From contig NC_043010.1 in the NCBI RefSeq assembly GCF_006345805.1, positions 12,338,001 through 12,402,000 of the forward strand: a stretch of DNA of 64,000 nt, given 5' to 3'. This DNA is from Octopus sinensis (taxonomy: Eukaryota). The position numbers were made by a program, and so were the translations under genes. Positions within the stretch are counted from its first letter, which is position 1, and each line of letters begins with the position of its first letter. The notes below the pieces were generated by a model that was not told where the DNA came from, made no database searches, and was given only the letters and a program-made list of their open reading frames with translations. Shown here piece after piece: positions 37,914 through 50,531 of this stretch.

Positions 37914-39650
37914 GAGACAATTAAAAACCATGTTGAACAGAGTTTACCGCAGACTATACAGTGTGTTTAATACAGAATATATGTTCAGTACAAAGTAATG
38001 TATATAGTACATATAGTATAGTATGGTGAGTTCAGTACAGTGTAATGCATACAATATGTATGTGTGTTGTGTAATGTATGTAGTACTGTGTAATGTATGC
38101 AGTACTGTGTATTGTGTTCAACACAGTGAAATGTATGCAGTATGTATGTATGTTGTGTAATGTATTTAGTACTGTGTAATGTATGTAGTACTGTGTAATG
38201 TATGCAGTACTGTGTCTTGTGTTAAAAACAGTGTAATGTATGCAGTACAGTGTGATATGTTCAGTACAGTATAATGTATGTAATACTGTGTATTATGTTC
38301 AACACAGTGAAATGTATGCAGTACTGTGCACTGTGATCTGCACAGGTGAAAAATATGGAGATAGTTAAAAACCATGTTGAACAGAGTCTACCGTAGACTA
38401 TACCCTGAATTAAATATAGAATATATGTTCAATACAATGTAATTTACATTATACATATAGTATGTTGTGTCGACGCCCCCAGATGATGAAGTAGGCTAGC
38501 CCAATACGTAGATATAGAGGGAGAAGTCTAGACGTTGAGGAGTTGAGTTGAAGTCATCTGAACGTGCGATATAACAGTGGATCTCATCCTCATCTCCACT
38601 GTTATATCGTACGTTCAGATGACCTCTACTCAACTCCTCAACATCTAGACTTCTCCCTCTATACCTACGTATTGGGCTAGCCTACTTCGTCGTCTGGGGG
38701 GCGTTGACACAACATAGTATAATATTGTGAGTTCAGTAGTGTAATGCATGCAGTATGTATGTAGTACTATGTACAGTGTAATGTATGTAATACTGTGTAT
38801 TATTTTCAAAAGAGTGTAATGTATGCAGTATGTATGTAATACTATGTACAGTGTAATGTATGTAATACTGTGTATTATTTTCAAAAGAGTGTAATGTATG
38901 CAGTACAGTATATGTTCAGTATTGTGTAATGTATGCAATATTATGTACTGTGTTCTGCACAGGTAATGTGTTCTGTACACTGTGTTGTGTTCACTGCTGT
39001 GTAATATATGCAGTGCTTTATACTGTGCTTAAGGCAGTGTAAATGTATGCTGTGTAATGTATGTAATAAATACAATACAGTAGAATATAGGCAGTGTTGT
39101 GTAATGTATGCAGTATGTATGTAATACTATGTACAGTGTAATGTATGTAATAATGCATGTGTATTATTTTCAAAAGTGTGTAATGTATGCAGTACAGTAT
39201 ATGTTCAGTATAGTGTAATGTATGTAGTATTGTGTAATGTGTTCAGACCAATACTATGTAATGTATGTGGTGCTGTATAATATATTCACTACAATGTAAT
39301 ATGTTCAGTACGGTGCAATATATTCAGTTAAATTCAGTCTTTACTGTGTAGTGTAATGCATACAGTGCAGTATAGTACATTTAATACAATAGTATGTGTT
39401 CAGTTTAGTATAATGTACTCAGTCCAGAATAATGTAGCAGTGCAGTACAAAGTATAAAGTACTGTACAATATAGTACAGTAGTGTGTTATGTATTGTATA
39501 ATGTATACATTTTTCTGTAATGTATGCCGAACATTATAATGTATGCAGATTAGTGTAATGTATGCAGCATAGAGTAATGCATGCTGTACAATGAGGTATA
39601 GCATGTGTTGTGGTGTATGAAGTACAGTGGAATATTCTAAAAAGTACCAT
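37914..39650. repeat. Cryptic minisatellite field built from GTGTAATGTATGCAGTA-like units, with larger internal duplications
   Basis: Recurrent TGTAATGTATG(C/T)AGTA; blocks 37914/38358 and 38770/38830/39120 are duplicated. Confidence 0.8.
38463..38714. mobile_element. 252-bp fold-back element with TGT...ACA ends and a probable 5-bp TSD (TAGTA); Ginger-like non-autonomous transposon
   Basis: ~119-bp arms around a 13-nt spacer; TAGTA at 38458-38462 and 38715-38719; paralogous empty site at 38014-38018. Confidence 0.8.
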
Positions 39651-39707
39651 GTAGTGTGTTCAATATTTTATTAAAGCTATCCAAAGTACAGAATAATATT
39701 TATTTCT

Positions 39708-40110
39708 TTAATGCCCCACAAGGGGCTAAACATAGAGGGGACAAACAAGTACAGACAATGGGATATCAAGTCGATTACATCGACTCCAGTGTGTAACTGG
39801 TATTTATTTAATTGGACCTAAAAGGATGAAAGGCAAAGTCAACCTCGGCAGAATTTGAACTCAGAACATAGCAGTAGTCGAAATACCTATTTCTTTATTA
39901 CCCACAAGGGGCTAAACACAGAGCAGACAAACAAGGACAGACATATGTATTAAGTTGATTACATCAACCCCAGTGCGTAACTAGTACTTAATTTATCGAC
40001 CCCGAAAGGATGTCGACCTCAGCGGAATTTGAACTCAGAATGTAACGGCAGCTGAAATACTGCTGAGCATTTCGCCTGGCGTGCTAACGATTCTGCCAGT
40101 TCGCCGCCTT
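39708..40110 (-). mobile_element. SINE family 2, head plus two tandem units
   Basis: Junction (reverse complement) TAAAGAAATAGG|TATTTCG at ~39880-39900. Confidence 0.85.
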
Positions 40111-40552
40111 GCTATTATAATTCCATTCACATTGAAGGTGTTTTATAACAATTCCCCCTTGTACTTGACTGGTGCTTTACTATCATCTCCAGAATGATAA
40201 AAAAAAAAAAAAGCAAAGTTGACCACTGTGAGATTTGAACTCAGAATGTAAGACGTCATTACTAAATATGGCAGAACATTTTTTTGATGTTCTAATGATT
40301 CTGCCAACCTTTCGCCAATCATACTTAACCAGTGCCTCTCCACTTACTACAACATACCAGGGCACCGTATTGAGGGCTTACCCCCTCTCTCAGCTGAGGG
40401 TCTCATCTTGTAAATTACCCAGTTCACTCCACATTGTAAAGTGGTTGGCATTTGGAAGGGCATTGAGCCATAATTGCTAGCCCTTGTCAAACTGTCCAAC
40501 TCATGTCAGCATTGCAAAACAGATATTAAATGATAACGAGGATAATGATGAT

Positions 40553-40726
40553 GCATAGGCGTGGCTGTATGGTAAGAAGCTTGCCTCTCAATCACATGGA
40601 TGCAGGTTCTGTCCCATTGCATGGCACCTTGGGCAAGTGTCTTCTACTGTGGCCCCAGGCTTATCAAAACCATGAGTGGATTTGGTTGATGGAAGCTGAA
40701 AGAAGCCTACCATGTATATGTATGTA

Positions 40727-40798
<72 letters not shown>

Positions 40799-40960
40799 TG
40801 TGTGTGTTTGTCCCTCACCATCACTTGACAACCAGTATCGGTGTAACTACATCCCTGAAACTTAGTGATTTAGCGAAAGAGTCTGACAGGTTTTAAAATG
40901 AAATAAGTATTGGGGTTGATTTATCAACTAAAATTCTTCAGAGTGATGCCCCAGCATGGC
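40553..40960 (+). mobile_element. SINE family 1 (diverged) with a long (TG)n linker
   Basis: Head, CORE-like segment and 3' half are all recognisable. Confidence 0.8.
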
Positions 40961-42030
40961 CATAATCGTTTTGATGAATAGTTTTTTTCTTTTTCTTTTA
41001 GTGAGGAAGAAATGCAATGACTATGGCCTTTCGCAGATTCTTCCACATTGGTTGGAGGAAGAAAGATTATCTTCAGACCAGAGAATGGTCTGAATGCTTG
41101 CAAGAGGATGTATTCTACTAAAAGAGCTAAAGTGCCAGGGGGTAGCTTTAAACTGAGCAATGGGATAAATCTACCTCTCAAGTAGACCTAGGTGAGGTTT
41201 GAACTCATAATGCAAAGGGCCAAAACAAATATTACTAGGCATCAGGTGTCTAATGTTCATATGTCTTCACCAATCAGTCACCTTGGATTTGGTGATTTTT
41301 GTTAATTGATCTTGAAAAAAATGAAAGAAAAAAGTTGACATAGATAGGATTTGAACTCAGAGAGCTGGGAGTCAGAACAATTAATGTAAAACACTCTATC
41401 AGACATTCTAATGACTGCTAATTTGCTGCTAATGATGTAAACAAACCAACACCCATTGTCAAGAGGCGAATGACGAAAACACTAACATGTCTCTATTGAA
41501 TAGATCAACCACCATATTTGAAATATGAAGTGAATTTTTCACTGAGAAAGATTTTATGAAATGCATAAAATTAACAAAATCATATAAATTATCCAAGACA
41601 TTTTCATCATTGCTTTGGTGAATAATCTATTAAATCTATACATTAATTTCCAATGTGTAAAACTTTGACTTCTGATATATTCTTGATGGACTTTTATTAT
41701 CAGGTTAATTAAAATATGATATTGATTATATCACATTCTACTGATTTCACCCTTTTGATATCATCCCGCTTGAAACCAACCTTAATTCTATGGTACAAAC
41801 TTCTTGTTTTAAAGTTATCTAAATTAAAACCTTCCAACAAAATTCTATGTTAATATCTGTTCCAAACAACAGGGTAATGACAAAATTATTTTACAACATT
41901 CTTCTTTATTTTCAAACTAAATTGAAACAAAACAAAAGCAGTATAGTTTAATATGATAACAAAAGAGTTAAGTAGAAATAATATTATTTCTAAGTCTCTC
42001 TAACGGAGACTACGGCAGCGGTACTGGATA

Positions 42031-42426
42031 TTAACAGTTATCGCCAAGCTAATATGGCAGTCCATCAATGTAGGACATAAGCTGCCATTGATTAGCTCCA
42101 AGAGGCCATCACCTCTAGCTAGCTATATGAAAACCAGTGGACGTATTCCACTGAAATTAGGTAAATAATCCTTCGAACAGTTGGTCAGCAGCGACATCTG
42201 CTGGGTTCAGCTGCTCTGCATTGATAAGGGGAAAATACCCTGAAACATGTCTGCAGATGCCTGACCAGCAAGGGGAAGCAGCTGGCCTCCCTTGTTCGAA
42301 GGTTATAATGGTCACAGGTTCGTGTGTCATATAGCTAGCTTGAGGTGATGGCCTCTTGGAGCTAATCAACAGCAGCTTATGTCCTATATTGGTGGACTGC
42401 CATATTAGCTTGGTGATAACTGTTAA
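42031..42426. mobile_element. MITE with ~100-bp TIRs bounded by TTAA and nested internal inverted repeats
   Basis: TTAACAGTTATCGCCAAGCTAATATGGCAGTCC...GCTAGCTATATGA / TCATATAGCTAGC...GGACTGCCATATTAGCTTGGTGATAACTGTTAA. Confidence 0.85.
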
Positions 42427-42519
42427 AAGAGTTAAGGTTACAAGACACAAAGTAATAATATATGACATATAACATAAGTGACATTAATTATTTTTTTTAA
42501 TTATAGGTCTGTATTTGTT

Positions 42520-42830
42520 GGTTACAACGACGAGGGTTTCAGTTCGTCCAATCAACGGAACTCCCTGCTCTTGAAACTAACGTACAAGTAGCTGAGTACC
42601 CCACAAACACATGTACCCATAATGCAGTTCTCAGCGAGATTCAGCATGACACAGAGTGTGACAAGGCTGGCCCTTTTGAACACAGGTACTGCTCATTTTT
42701 GCCAGCCGAGTCGACTGGAGCATCATGAAATAAAGTATCTTGCTCAAGGACACAACATGCCACAAGGTATTGAACTCATGACCTTACAATCATGAGCTGA
42801 ATACCCTAACCACTAAACCACACACCATCA
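42520..42830 (-). mobile_element. Modular tRNA-SINE, body Y + tail A
   Basis: GGTTACAACGACGAGGG...GTGACAAGGCTGGCCC (tail A) joined to GAGTCGACTGGAGCATCATGAAATAAAGTATCTTGCTCAAGGACACAAC (body Y). Confidence 0.78.
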
Positions 42831-42866
42831 CAGTTTGTATTATATTGTATCAATATAATAAATGTG

Positions 42867-43285
42867 AGGGCGGTGAGCTGCAGAAATGTTAGCATGCCGG
42901 GCAAAATGCGTAGTCATATTTCGTCTGCCGTTACGTTCTGAGTTCAAATTCTGCCGAGGTCGACTTTGCCTTTCATCTTTTTGGGGTCGATTAAATAAGT
43001 ACCAGTTACACACTGGGGTCGATATAATCGACTTAATCCATTTGTCTGTCCTTGTTTGTCCTCACTGTGTTTAGCTCCTTGTGGGTAGTACAGAAATAGG
43101 TATTTCATCTGCCATTACATTCTGAATTCAAATTCTGCCAAGGTCGACTTTGCCTTTCATCTTTTCGGGGGTCAATTAAATAAGTAGTAGTTATGCACTG
43201 GTGCTGATGTAATTAACTTAATCCTGTTCGTCTATCCTTGTTTGTCGCCTCTTTGTTTAGCCCCCTGTGGGCAATAAAGAAATAA
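42867..43285 (+). mobile_element. SINE family 2, head plus two tandem units
   Basis: Junction CAGAAATAGG|TATTTCATCTG at ~43100. Confidence 0.85.
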
Positions 43286-43646
43286 ATATAATAAATGTAA
43301 TCATCATCATAGTTGTCATCATCATCATCGTTATAGTTGCAATATATGTTCTCTCATGCTTATATATTTTGGTCAGGCCTACAGAACATGATATTCTCTC
43401 TTTATATACATGAATCTGTATCATCTTATCTGTTAGGCTTACCTTTTGAAACTGAGTTGTTAAATGGTCCTAAGACTATTTATCTTTATCTTTTGTATTC
43501 TCTACATTGTGCAAGATATTGGGATCATCTCCTTATCAAATAAGATTAAAAGGTTTTATTTGTTTTACAATCACACACATGCACACACCTAAACACACAT
43601 ACGTGCGTGCACACACACACACACACAGAGTCATATATATGTCGTC

Positions 43647-43692
<46 letters not shown>

Positions 43693-44280
43693 TCAAATTC
43701 TGCCGTGGTCAACTTTGTCTTGTATCCTTTCAAGGTCGATAAATTAAGTACCAGTTGAATACTGGGGTTGATGTAATCAACTAGTTCCCTCCCCCAAATT
43801 TCAGGCCTTGTGCCTATAGCAGAAAGGATTATTATTATTATTATTATTATATTATTATTATTATTATGGTAACAGGACAACAGATGTTCTGATTATGGAC
43901 AGATTGAAAGCACTGAGGCGTTTATTACTTAAATATATAATTCCGAAGTCCAATTCTTTAATACATTATTAATACTTCTTAAACTTCTCAGACTTGTCTC
44001 AATAATCCACTTGTCAAAAATATTAGAGAAACCTAGATTGTTGCTAACAGAGCAGTTTTCTGTTCTTAATTTGTTGTTATCTGATCGTAACCATTATGCT
44101 ATCTCAAGTTCAAGCTTTAGCACCGCGTATATCCCTAGGTAACAGGACTTCACATATCTCCTATTTTCAGTATAAGCTACCCATAAAATTTATATTCATT
44201 GTTATATTTCATTACCCAGAACATTTGTTTTTGATGGGGATTTTCTTCATGCTAACTACCAAGTCTAAATTTTTTAACTG

Positions 44281-44481
44281 CAGCAGGAGTGGCTGTGTGG
44301 TAAGTAGCTTGCTTACCAACCACACGGTTCTGGGTTCAGTCCCACTGCATGGCACCTTGGGCAAGTGTCTTCTACTATAGCCTCGAGCCAACCAAAGCCT
44401 TGTGAGTGGATTTGGTAGACGGAAGCTGAAAGAAGCCTGGAAGCCTGTCATATATATGTATATGTATGTGCGTGTGTGTGT

Positions 44482-44553
<72 letters not shown>

Positions 44554-44732
44554 AACATCGCTTGACAACCGATGCTGGTGTGTTTACATCCCCATCACTT
44601 AGCAGTTCAGCAAAAGAGACTGATAGAATAACTACTAGGCTTACAAAGAATAAGTCCTGGGGGTCGATTTGCTCGACTAAAGGCGGTGCTGCAGCATGGC
44701 CACAGTCACATGACTGAAACAAGTAAGAGTAC
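44281..44732 (+). mobile_element. SINE family 1, full-length
   Basis: High identity to the other copies. Confidence 0.9.
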
Positions 44733-44894
44733 AGAGACTGCTATACTTTGCTGAAGAGGTTTAATAAGTCAGAAACAGGTCCAAGTTACCATATGCAATT
44801 GACAAGATCAGATTAAAATAATATTAAGCGGTGCTCCAGCATGGCCACAGCCACATGACTGAAACAAGTAAAAGAGTAAAGTCACCTGTGAAAA

Positions 44895-45280
44895 CTGAGA
44901 TAAATCTTATCGTGACATTGCTTATATTCTATGAGTAAATATTCTGCAGCCTGCTACACAATGAGCAATGTTTTCCACTTGCTGATAAAATTGGTAGAAT
45001 TTCTCTACGGAAGCTTTTCAATAAATTCTCCTGCTCACTGAAAAGTCCGAGTTTGATCTTGAGCAACCACTAACAAACCTCTTAGTTTCTCTCTTTAACC
45101 CTCCATTTCAAAACTCCCCTTAAAATGCATCAGGATTTTTCACATTTTTGGTCTTTGTGAAACTTTTTGTGCAATGCAGTTTCTAGTAATTCCATTCTTT
45201 CACATCTGATCCTGCCTTGGTGTTCTTTCTTCTTTACAATTTCAGCAATAAATATGTCTCTGTTTTGTGGCTGCTGCTAT
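44895..45280 (-). pseudogene. R4/Dong-clade non-LTR retrotransposon remnant (post-RT and zinc-knuckle region)
   Basis: Frameshifted minus translation LETALHKKFHKD...GGLKRET/GLLVVAQDQTRT...VENIAHCVAGC.../IEYKQCHDKI fits the R4/Dong pattern LK.ETEG.I.AAQDQ..T...ET..H..SGC....EYK.RHD. Confidence 0.7.
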
Positions 45281-45504
45281 GAATTCCAACTGATTTACTT
45301 AAATTTCAGGTTTCTTCCGGTTTCTTCAGGTTTTTTTTTTTGTACACTGAATGTTAGCTTTAACTAATGTAATTTTGACTTTGTACTCACATTTTGTTAC
45401 TAAACAACTTACGGTGATACTTTAAAATCTTCAATAACTGCTCCCAGATCATCAGTTTTTGGAACTACTCCCAGATCATCTGGTTTTATAACTAAAATTG
45501 CTTG

Positions 45505-45550
<46 letters not shown>

Positions 45551-45711
45551 TACACACCTACATGTACACACACACACACACAGGTGTACACACACACACA
45601 CACACACACTCTCTCACTTTTAGTTCAAATAGTAAATTAGAAAAAATTATTATGAGGAGGAGGAAGAAGAGAACCATTCGTGTGTGTGTGTGTGTGAGAG
45701 AGATAGAGAGT

Positions 45712-45764
<53 letters not shown>

Positions 45765-46101
45765 AACAATGAAATATTTACTGGCCTGACTTCAAGCCTA
45801 TGCCTTACCAAGATTTCCAAAGCATTTAGACAAAGAATAGAAAATTGCCCCTGAGCAAAATGCCAGTCAGTTGTAGAATTAACTGCTAGGTACTATTGGT
45901 ACACATTTTTCAGCTGAGTGGACTGGAACAGCATGAAGTAGAGTGTCTTGCTCAAGGACACACTGCACCACTGGATCCAAGAACTAAATCAGTGACTTAT
46001 CATTCTAATTATTAGGCCCCTATGCTTTCACATATTAACTAGCAAGGTGAATAAATAAAATGGAAGTAAGGAGAGTGAAAAAATAAATAACAATGAAGAA
46101 T

Positions 46102-46254
46102 AGGCGCAGGAGTGGCTGTGTGGTAAGTAGCTTGCTTACCAACCACATGGTTCCGGGTTCAGTCCCACTGCGTGGCATCTTGGGCAAGTGTCTTCTACTA
46201 TAGCCTCGGGCCGACCAAAGCCTTGTGAGTGGAAACTGAAAGAAGCCTGTCGTA

Positions 46255-46299
<45 letters not shown>

Positions 46300-46481
46300 T
46301 TGTCCCTCTAGCATTGCTTGACAACCGATGCTGGTGTGTTTACATCGCCGTCACTTAGCGGTTCGGCAAAAGAGATCGATAGAATAAGTACTGGGCTTAC
46401 AAAGAATAAGTCCCGGGGTCGATTTGCTCGACTAAAGGCGGTGCTCCAGCATGGCTGCAGTCAAATGACTGAAACAAGTAA
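46102..46481 (+). mobile_element. SINE family 1, full-length
   Basis: High identity; small deletion near GAGTGGAAACTG. Confidence 0.9.
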
Positions 46482-47576
46482 TAGAGAGAATGGGAGAGTG
46501 CTACTGGAGATTGGACTATTTTCCTAAATCCTATTCCTTGTTCAGTAATTTCTTACTTTGACTGCTCTATCTTTTTCTTGCTACAGAAGGAAAATATGCT
46601 CATGGCATTCCTGAAGATATCATTCTAGATACTATTAAAGCTTACTGGTTCAATGATTGAAATTCTTCATGCCTTTCCTCCTCACTGTAAAGAACATTAG
46701 CAAACTCCACCTCTATCATTTATTTGTCTTTACACCTAGCCTATAGGTACAACTATAGTTCCTTGCTATTTCCTTTCTTCACCTCATTTCACCTCTGCTT
46801 GTATTTCTCTTACACTCTCTCTCGTCACACTATTCTTTTCTTACCATGCCATGCAGCCCTATCAGTCGTATTTGCCAAAAGATCAACGCAGTAAATAACA
46901 AAAGTGACTCTCGCCAAGAAGGAATATTTTTCAATACCCTGCCTAATTACATTCAAATTTTTTGGTATATTACCTGAGTAAACATTAGAATTGTATAGTA
47001 ATTAATGATAACTTGAAACTTCAATAAAATCTATAGGCACCAGTATATGCAATAGAATTTTTTCTTTTCTTTTTTTGTGTAAGAATACTTAAACAAACTC
47101 TATTGAAAAATATACTACACTGTCAATAGTTCTAATTTCCAGAAGTTGCCAGTTTACTTGCTACATTTGAAATTGAAGAATATTTTCAGTGAATTTTATA
47201 GTTAATAACATGTGGATTATACAATTCTCTATTTCACAGAATATACAAGTTATGTACATTATTTCCTGTCATAAATTCATGACTAAGAATATTTTGTGTA
47301 TAGTAAAACAAAAACAACTACATAAACACCCCAAAACAAATGAAAAGCAGCTGTGAATGTGAAAACAAATTAATATGAGTGGTATTTAGTAATTACTAAG
47401 CTGTGTGTGTGTGTGTATGTGTGTGTGCGTGTGTGTTTGTGTGCATGTATGTGCATGCATATAAATGTACACCTACACACAGATTATCTTTCCACACACA
47501 CTTATATGCATATACATAGATATTCATGTACACACACACACATATATGTAAGCATATATATAAGTACACATACATA

Positions 47577-47627
<51 letters not shown>

Positions 47628-47638
47628 TATAAACATAT

Positions 47639-48052
47639 AGGTGCAGGAGTGGCTGTGTGGTAAGTAGCTTGCTAACCAACCACATGGTTCTGGGTTCATT
47701 CCCACTGCGTGGCACCTTGGGCAAGTGTCTTCTGCTATAGCCCCGGGCCGACCAAAGCCTGGTGAGTGGATTTGGTAGACGGAAACTAAAAGAAGCCTGT
47801 CGTATATATATATATATATATGTATATGTGTGTATGTGTTTGTGTGTCTGTGTTTGTCCCTCTAGCATTGCTTGACAACCGATGCTGGTGTGTTTACATC
47901 CCTGTCACTTAGCGGTTCGGCAAAAGAGAACGATAGAATAAGTACTGGGCTTACAAAGAATAAGTCCTGAGATCGATTTGCTCGACTAAAGGCGGTGCTC
48001 CAGCATGGCCGCAGACAAATGACTGAAACAAGTAAAAGAGAGTAAAAAGAGT
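47639..48052 (+). mobile_element. SINE family 1, full-length
   Basis: High identity. Confidence 0.9.
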
Positions 48053-49149
48053 ATATATATATATACACACATACATGCACAGATATTTATCTAGCTATCT
48101 GTCTATATATATATACATACATACAAGAGCCTCCAAGAAAGATGGGATTAAGAGTGGAAGTTTCCCTTAGACTAAAGAATTAGCGTGAATGTTTGTAATA
48201 GTGTGAAACCTACTAAAGGTATGTTAGGACCAGGTGCTGGTGTTAACTCAGGTGATAGTTTAAACCTACCACTCAAGAAGTCAGAATACTGATTTCTGCT
48301 GAAATAAAAACTACAAAGTAACTCATCCCACGTTTTAAAAATTCTGCTAACTCTTTGCCCAAGACTGGTACTTTTTTTTATCAACCTTGAGAGTTTGAAA
48401 AACAAAGTTGACCTCCACAGGACTTGAACTCAGAGAGTAGGAAACTGGAGCAAATAGCACAATTTGCCCTCTTGGTAGAATGCAAGTTTTCTGTGTGAAG
48501 TTAATAATGTTGCTAATCGAATCATCCACATATTACTGGTACATATTTGGTATAGGGAATAAAAGTATAGATTTTATAAATAATTTAAAGATAAAAATGA
48601 ATCTGTGTTATATGGAATTTATTTGACATAGTAGATTGGGTTTTTTGTTTTATTAAGTTTTTATTTTCGTTTTTGTTTTTTCTGTCAAAGAGAATATTTG
48701 AATAAATTATCCAAAAGAATAACTTTGCACATTTTATCAGACCCAAGGGAATAAAAGACCAAATTGATCTAAACTAGATTTTTAACACAGAACATTAAGG
48801 AAGCTGAAATCTTTTGATGTTTTTACTGATGATACATGATGTTATGTCTAAACTGTGAATTTCTAGGAAAAACATGCCATAAAGGGATAAAAATATAGAA
48901 AAAAGAAAACATATGCATCTCATTATGAAAAGCTGAAAATATATATATTTTAAAATGAAAAGGAATTTTACATCACCTTACTTCAATATGTCTCTTCTAA
49001 AAAAAAAGGAATAGAATGTTTTAGAATTTTTACCTGTGATGACTACTACAAAATGAACTGTTTGAACATTTTGAAGAATTAATTTTTCTTTCAACTGAAA
49101 GATATTTTCTTCTTCAAAAGATTTATCTCTTGTGCCAGGTTACTGACTG

Positions 49150-49242
49150 ACAGAGAGCTGCAGAAGATGAAGAGAAATGGCAAAATCTGGTTGCAACCTC
49201 ATCAACAAATGCCCCCTGTGACCACATGGTCAAGGGATAGAA
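49150..49242 (+). pseudogene. 3' end of a second RTE-type LINE ORF
   Basis: RAAEDEEKWQNLVATSSTNAPCDHMVKG* resembles RTE C-termini (A.DR..WR.LV..SS..AP). Confidence 0.55.
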
Positions 49243-50315
49243 ACAAAGGAAAGAAGGAAAAAAGGAAGGAAGGACCTGGTGAATGGCTCATTACAGGAAA
49301 AGGGAACTGAGAAACACCTATCCCTTATAACAATGATACGTAAAGAACAATGGTAGAATAATGGAGTTGTTAATTTAGAATGCTAAGTTCAAATTTTACC
49401 TGCATCTTATTCCTTTTTAACACTACATACCTTAAAAATAACATACAGTTAAAACCAGATCTGTAGCCTTTGTAGAAATATTTTACTGGTATGAATATTA
49501 ATTTCTTCCCACAGTTCTCTTGATAGAGTCAGTTGGATGGTGGCAGGGGTAGCAAGAATACTTTAATAATTTTCTAATTATTCTGGTTGCTACACAAAAT
49601 AAAATATATTTTCTTCAATAGGAGAGTTAGTTTTATATAAATGTGGCAGAATCTTTTGAATGTTATGATCAACACAGCAACTGAAACATGAGCAAAAGCA
49701 GAATTAATATGTCCAATAATGAGGTAGGTATGTTTCTGTGTTACACTTTAGTATACGTATATATGGCTTCTGAACGAATTTTGCTAACTCTATTGGATTA
49801 AGAATCTCCAGAAGTCTCTCTTCACAGGTGTTGTATCTCAAGGAATAAAACTATGTCAAAATCACTGAGTTTCTAATTCAGGATATTTTCGAAATAGTTG
49901 TCCTTTTCTGCATGCTGAAATGACCCCTTATATAAAGTTGCTTCCTTCTTTAAACAAAGATGAGAGAGAGAAAGAGAGAGAGAGAGAGAAACTTAATGAC
50001 CTGCTATCACAGCAAACCTGAAGCAATTCACATGATTGATGTGGGAAAAAATACAACAGAGGAACAAAAAAGGGGAAAAGATAGAATTCTACTTCACACT
50101 AAACTTTCAGTACAGGCTTTGCTGATAAGGTCTAATAAGATTAAAACGTGTCCGGAGTTGTCACCATGCTTGCCAAAAATTAGACTCATTCCCCAATTAT
50201 TTTTTAAATTTTTAATTGATCTTAATTTATCTAAAATTTGGTGTTGTCTTTCTTGCCTATATTGATCATTTAATTATTAATAGAATTTTTCTTTCTTCTC
50301 ACTATGAATGTATAT

Positions 50316-50531
50316 TTAACACTTTAGCATTTAAACAGGCCATATCTGCCCCAAATACTCTATGTTCAAACCAGCCATATTCAGCCTCACATACCTACCC
50401 TACAATGACTTTCTAAAAATAATCAATCACATTGAAATCACAAAGCCACAAGATAACGCATGATTTATTCAGAATGATGTGAATAAATATGCATTACATT
50501 TGACAGAATAATCTGAATGATAAAAAGGTAA
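50316..50531. mobile_element. piggyBac-like MITE (family P2), diverged
   Basis: TTAACACTTTAGCATTT ... GAATGATAAAAAGGTAAA, a degenerate TTAA-CCCTTTAGCATT TIR. Confidence 0.55.

Noticed and set aside
46580-46650. Plus-strand exon candidate EGKYAHGIPEDIILDTIKAYW (and GDLNGIICVCNMMQATTESNE at ~50667-50730)
   Set aside because: Good acceptors but weak donors; the first may be a LINE RT remnant, and there is no consistent gene model.
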